DNA from: Octopus sinensis
Lineage: Eukaryota
Direction of reading: 5' to 3'
Assembly (NCBI RefSeq): GCF_006345805.1
Contig: NC_043003.1
Coordinates: 42,160,001-42,224,000, forward strand
Length of the DNA stretch: 64,000 nt
Below are positions 57,694-64,000 of this stretch, piece after piece. The position numbers and the translations under genes were made by a program. A model generated the notes under the pieces. The model made no database searches. It was not told the DNA's origin and worked only from the letters and a program-made list of their open reading frames with translations. Each line of letters opens with the position of its first letter. Position 1 is the stretch's first letter.

Positions 57694-58324
57694 CGTATAC
57701 ATATAGATAGATACAAAGAGAGAGGGGGAGAAAGACGTCCATATATATGTATACATATATATATACACACACAATTACATGTGCACACAAACACACACAC
57801 ATACACACACATACACACATATGAACACTCAAATTACGAACACATTGTAGAGCGTTAGTTTGTGTATAACAACACGTGCGCGCCTGCGTATTTGTCTGTA
57901 TACATATCCGTATATACAAACATTTCAACCGCATAGACCCATTTGTACGTACACCATTTAAGTAGGAATATATTCAACATAGATGTTAACCACAACAATC
58001 CGTTGCTCTTTCTTTTGTGACTTCAAAGTTTATCTCCATTTAGGAAAACATTTCAATACCCCCAACGGTGTAGCCGTCATTTATTTTGTCACTACAATAG
58101 CCTTGACAGTTTGTTCAAATGAAATTTACTTTTATTGATCGACTTATTTCCCGCTTTCATGAATCGTTATTTTTCTTAATGTTATTTTTTTTCCAGAAGT
58201 TGATAATATTACGTATTGTTGTTATTGTTGCTGTTGTATTGTCGTTATCATTGTTGTGGTAACAACCATTGTCTTTGCTACTTTTGTTTAATTTTATTTA
58301 TTTATTATTATTATTATTATTATT

Positions 58325-58854
58325 GAGTGAGAGAGCAGTTCATGCCATCAAAGTGACACTGGGGTAAAATATACGAAGCCCAATATACCCATCATGACTA
58401 TCCGTCTGATAAAGGTACACCAGGCACATGCATCACAACCATATGTGCGCGACATGGTGATCTCATATCAAGATAAACAGCACATGACCTTGCAGGTGGG
58501 GCCCAGTTAGAATTTTCTTCAGGTTGAGTAGCCCATCCCGCTCAAACGGTCCCTCAATAAGGGTTGTTTAAGGATGTTGAAAGAACCACCCATGTTTCCA
58601 GAGGTGAACTATTCAAACCCCAAAGAATCCCTCTCAACACATGGCTATGATGCTCCCCCACTACTTCTGCTCATGATCAGAGATGCACATATCGTCAGCC
58701 ACTAAGGGACATGCTCAACTGGTTAAGGTCAAACAACTGACAAGCAAATCTGTGGTATTGAGCAGAATATTTGCTGTAGCCCATCTTTTATACCAAGACA
58801 AAACAATGTACATGATAACACTTCCAATCAGTTAAGATCAGAAGCCATGAGAGC

Positions 58855-58855
<1 letters not shown>
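58325..58855 (-). mobile_element. Non-coding insert within an (ATT)n/(TAA)n tract
   Basis: 531 bp of higher-GC, complex sequence flanked by (TTA)n at 58301-58324 and 58856-58936; no recognisable ORF; strand is inferred. Confidence 0.6.
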
Positions 58856-58936
<81 letters not shown>

Positions 58937-59216
58937 GTTGTTGTTGTTGTTGTTGTTGTTATTACTGTGTTTTTGTTTTTTGCTTTTCTAAAGATTGAAT
59001 GCCTTAGTTCCCTTAGATGTAAGCATGCGAATAAAGAGTGATGGTGATGATGACGACGACGACGACGACGACGACGATGATGATGGAGAAAAGGCCGCAA
59101 CAACAACAACAACAGTAGAATCAAAAACAACGAAACCAAAAACAAATGAAACTTGGAATTGTAATTACGAAACTAGAAAGAATATCAGAAAGCAAGAAAT
59201 GTCAAAGAATAATTCC

Positions 59217-59278
<62 letters not shown>

Positions 59279-59777
59279 GTGTGTGTGTGGTGTCTTTAAA
59301 ATCCATTCTGTCAACACCTCAAATGTAAAATTCTTCCCTACCTGAAGGTATAGGTTGGTGTTATCCGATGATGGAATCAATTTACAATCATTATTTTGGA
59401 CTACCAAGCTCCCAGAAACAGTTGCTGGACTCGTAATAAGAGTTTTACGTAGGGGCTCAATCAGAGTAAAACTCTTATTCAGCCCCTTCAATTCCTCATA
59501 TCATTTCTATTCTGTATAAGTCGAACCTTTTTATATGTATACGTATGTCCATTTTTTTCTTTGTTTTAAATGTATTTAATATATTTCGTATATCGACTTG
59601 CCTAACTTGCTTGTCCTATATTTATATACTCATGTATATATATATGTTTATAGATATCTATCTATCCATATACGTATATGTACGTATATATGCGTGTGTG
59701 TGTGTGTGTGTGTGTATGCGTGTGTGCGTATGTGTGCGTATATGTGTGTGAGAGAGAGAGCAAGAGAGCAAGATGTC

Positions 59778-60390
59778 ATCATTCATCTCTTCTCATTTGT
59801 ACGGCCACACATTGAGTACTACTGTCCCCTGCGGTGAACACCACACAAGACAAAACATTACGAAAATTCAATCACCGCAGCGAGCATTCACTAAAACGAA
59901 AATAAAGGACATGACTCATCTTCGTTGCTGGGGACCGCCTAAAACATTGAAGCTTTATTCTCTCCAGCGTCGTCGTGAACGCTACATCATTTGCACAATA
60001 TGGAGAATATATATCACCAGCATGGTCCAAGCGAAATAACATTAGATTCAGAAGTCAGCCAAGTCTGGAGCCACGTGCCGTATGTCCCCTACACAATTCA
60101 GCATCACAAAACATAAATTCACTGCAACGGGCGCTGTTCTATTTCACAATATCCCCTAAAACCTCAAGGAAAATGATCAAATCATCATCAAACGAAACCT
60201 GAAAAAATGTCTTCAAGGGATACCAGAGAAGCCACCTGCACCTGGAGACATCTCAGTCAACAACATCCCACTTCAATGGGCAATGACATCACAAAACTTG
60301 ACTTAACAATGACTTAACGAATACTATTAGGTGGCGCTAATATGTTAGACATGGCCCGTGCCAGTCTTTCGCCGAAAAATACCTAAATTA
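59778..60390 (+). mobile_element. CR1-type LINE 3' fragment
   Basis: FVRPHIEYYCPL, LKLYSLQRRRERYII, K..LQGIPEKPPAPG..NN and a short 3' UTR ending next to (TA)n; frameshifted. Confidence 0.8.
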
Positions 60391-61122
60391 TATATATACA
60401 CGCGCATATATCAAATAACCGATTTATGTGGTTGTTGATTGGCTGAGGGTTGATTTAAGAAGTTATGCTTTAAATTGTATAGAAAGGGAAGAGGCGAAAG
60501 AAAAATGAGATACAAAGAAAGCTAACATAGGATGTGCACGATGAGTACCCATACTAAGCTTAGTGGTAAGCAATGAGTATGTAGAGGACCTGCTGGGTCA
60601 CACTTGACTGTATATGTGTGTGTGTGTGTCTATGTATCACGCAAACACACGCATTTTAAAGGGTGATGTAATAAGTAACGTACGAAATATAAAGCTTTAA
60701 TGTGCATGTCTGTTGCTTCCGCACAATTTCTCTCAACAAAATTACACTTATATTCTATTGATCCACATGGAGCTACAGTAGAATATATTTGATTAAGGTA
60801 TCCATCCACTTGTACATCAATGCTTGACTTAATAGATCTTTTTTGGCTGGTGGTAAGTATAGAAATTGCATATAGCCTAACGTCAGATATCATCAAGGAT
60901 AACGGTTATCACAGCACATTCCAACCAAAGGCAACACCACGATTATTTTCCTCCAACACAATGTATCAGGGCCACAGTCGCCAGTGTATACTTCAATATT
61001 TTTACATAGATGTGGTGTGATTTCCCTGAGATGTGGTTATTATTTCTGTTGCATCAAGCTACCACATTTGGTCTCCCACATTAGTTCCTAATAAAAGAGG
61101 CAGTTGAGAGACAGAGAGTGAG

Positions 61123-61181
<59 letters not shown>

Positions 61182-61440
61182 TATGTAGCGGTAAATTCAA
61201 ATAATCTGAACGATTCAATGAACAAATAGTTAAATTCTTTTAACACTAATCCTAGAAACCATCAAACTGAACATGAAATAAAATCCCCTGAACACTTTAT
61301 TCCACTACATCATATATTCTGACCACAGTTAGAATTATAATAGGAGAGTGAAACTGAGATGTGAATTCTACTGCTTAATCTAACGCTAGATTAATCTTAG
61401 TTGTGCTGCTTAGTGTCTATGTTCCTATTTTGACTGTTTT

Positions 61441-61674
61441 TCTTATTTATTTACTGCCTACAAGGGGTTAAACACAGAGGGGACAAACAAGGACAGACAA
61501 ACGGATTAAGTCGATTATATCGACTCCAGTGCGTAACTGGTACATATTTAATCGACCACGAATGGATGAAAGGCAAAGTCGACCTCGGCGGAATTTGAAC
61601 TCAGAACGTAGCGGCAGACGAAATTCCGCTAAGCATTTCGCCCGGCGTGCCAACGTTTCTGCCAGCTCGCCGCC
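61441..61674 (-). mobile_element. SINE family B, full length and well preserved
   Basis: Minus strand GGCGGCGAGCTGGCAGAAACG..GAGTTCAAATTCCGCCGAGGTCGACTTTGCCTTTCATCC..; tail differs from other B copies. Confidence 0.9.
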
Positions 61675-63107
61675 ATATATTATCTATTTTTCTTTTGCGT
61701 TAACTTAAATGTAGATCAGACCCAATAGAGCAGTTATACGATCATCAACGTTCCAATTGTGGCCATTCCTTCTTGTGATTGGTATTTAGGACTAGATAAA
61801 TATATAACCTATCTTTCTAGATATTGTATGGTTTTTATTTCAAGGAGCCTTGTCTACTATTTCTAGCAACACAAACACCCAATTACAGCCAGTTAGTTCC
61901 CTGTCCCGTTCGCTCTGATACTTAGTAATACTTAGTAGCGTGGTGGTGAAGGTAGTGATGAAAATTGGTAGTTAGTTATGTGAGAAATCGAGATAGAGGC
62001 GTCTTTGAAGTTTCTGCAAGTACTTGTGTTAGTGTTAGAGAGCGGTATCAAAAGAAGGGTGCTACTGCTAAACTTGTTGTTGATGTTAGTTGTTAATGGT
62101 GGTGTGGAAGTTATGGAGGTGTAATGGTGTGATGTGGTAGCTTTGTTGGTGTTGTGGTGATTTAATGATAAGTCAAACTTAATGCGTTTCCGCTATTTGA
62201 CATTTCTACTGTTTTACTTGCCTTTTAGAACTTCTTCAAATGCGTTAATTAAATATATTTCACATTCGGATGGCTAACTCTCTTTAAATGGAAGAAAAAG
62301 AAACAACAACAACAATAACAACAACAACAACAACAACTGCAGCAGCGGGAGTAACAGCCACAACAACAGCAAAAACAACATCAAGAAGGAAATTTAAAGA
62401 AAACGAAAATCTCAATGAGATCATGAGACAAAATCACGTGATGGCTATTGAAATTTTCGTTCAATTGAAGTTTGAAATAATCTTTCTGTTCTGTATATCT
62501 CCGTATTGTTTCGACATGTTCACCTACCGTGGTAAGCCAAAAGATTCTGAACGCTTCAATGAACAAACGGGGAAATTGTTTAAACTCTAGACCTAGAAAG
62601 CATCAAAATGTTCCTTAATACTTCTTTGAACATCAAGCAAAAATCTCCGAACGCTTTATTCCAATACATCAAATATTCCTGTTTTCCTTAATTCTTCAAA
62701 AGCCTTTCCTTTAATGTTTGTACATGTTCTTATATTACCACCATTAATAAACTGTGTTATCTTGGTAACAGGTTTCTTAGACTATTGTAGTATGTTGTAA
62801 TATTTACCTACCATCACCGCTCCCGACGGATCGATCATGTCTTGTGTTCTACTGATCTCAACAAAATTGTGAAGAGTTCGAACTCAGTGAGACACTTTTA
62901 AAACCGTATGAAAGAGACCACCGAACACTGACACTAAAACAACAATACAAATAACTACAATTCGTGTAGCCAGCCGATGTAATTCTTTGACAGCCAATAA
63001 ATTAATCAATTAACTAATTCATCTACGAGTAATTTACTGATTATGAAATTTATCAACGGTAATTTATTAAATAACATCACGATTTCAATAAAATATGAAC
63101 ATATGTA

Positions 63108-63656
63108 TTGGGTTGTCCGGAAAGTTCGTACCGATTTTTAAAGGAAAGAAAATGGTCAATAAATACTTGCCACTACATTTTTAATCGACCAAATATAAAC
63201 CATCTTGTTGCACAATGCGTCTCCATCTTTCCTTTAACTTGAAAATACCCTCTCCCCAGAAATGAGGTGGTTTCATGGCAAATAATTCATCAAGGTATCT
63301 TTATACGTCATCCAAGGAATTGAATTTTTTACCATTAAGACTATTCTACAGAGACCTGAATAAGCAATATCTGGTGAATATGGAGAGTAGAGTAACACAT
63401 CCCAGGCGAGCTGCAGCAATTTTTGTCTGTTTCCCAAAGCCAAAAATGCCAAAAATGAACTTTCTTCTCTTCCATTTTAAAGGGTTACAAAATTAACACA
63501 AGTTATAGGAACATAAATCTTCTTCCACGAAAAATAGCTTAAACTATGCTCTAAATTGAGGTGTAGTCACATCCTATTTTATGGACTCAACCATGCTCTA
63601 AAATAAGTCGAAAGGTAAGCTACTACAATTCGACACAAACTTTCCGGATAACCCAA
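63108..63656 (-). mobile_element. Internally deleted mariner element
   Basis: TIRs TTGGGTTGTCCGGAAAGT / ACTTTCCGGATAACCCAA, TA on both flanks; start region joined to WDVL..PYSPDIA..LFRSL*NSLNGKKF..KERWRRIV..YLVD-stop. Confidence 0.88.
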
Positions 63657-64000
63657 TAGTAATGACTTATTACTCTCAATGAATATTGTAAAACTATTAA
63701 TCCTTTTAGTGCGTAATTCAGAGATAAAAACTCAGAATTCCGTTGTTCTAAGTTTTGTTGAGGAGTGACATGTTTAAAACTTTTTTCTGTTGAGATATGT
63801 CGAGTTTACCGAGGCAACATTACTTGCAGAAAATGCCAGTTATATTTTTGGTAGATATCTAACATCATTGCTGGAATAAGCAGGAAATTTATTTACGCAG
63901 TAAAATAGTTAAAACAATGATAAAATTTGAAAGGATTTCTAAAATAATGTATTATGAGCTAAATATCTTAAACATGGAACGATAGAGTAGTTAGGTTTAC

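Noticed and set aside
63697-63720. TTAA-TCCTTTTAG, a possible piggyBac-like MITE end
   Set aside because: No matching opposite end within the window.

Overview
AT-rich, microsatellite-saturated eukaryotic DNA, most likely from an octopus or other coleoid cephalopod. That assignment is inferred from the tRNA-derived SINE repertoire and the density of (TA)n/(CA)n/(TATC)n/(TAA)n repeats. The only host coding sequence I can support is the terminal coding exon (8109-8733, minus strand) of a gD-type heparan sulfate 3-O-sulfotransferase (HS3ST2/3/4/6, Hs3st-B-like). Its upstream exon was not found, so 8734-64000 is probably one intron of more than 55 kb. The rest is transposon-derived: a 5'-truncated Dong/R4-type RT plus restriction-like-endonuclease retrotransposon inside (TAA)n, a CR1-type 3' fragment, several mariner/Tc1 derivatives, MITEs and at least four SINE types. 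The most notable observations are (i) three unrelated short T-rich cassettes embedded in (TA)n, each with a type I minimal hammerhead-ribozyme-like core and all antisense to the host gene; (ii) a second, non-coding insert flanked by TAA repeats; (iii) several intronic fold-back structures, including a 97-bp near-perfect inverted duplication; and (iv) two near-identical (TA)n-bounded tandem duplications that may be assembly artefacts. Nearly all other ORFs in the track are translations of simple repeats. Coordinates were read by eye and repeat boundaries are approximate.
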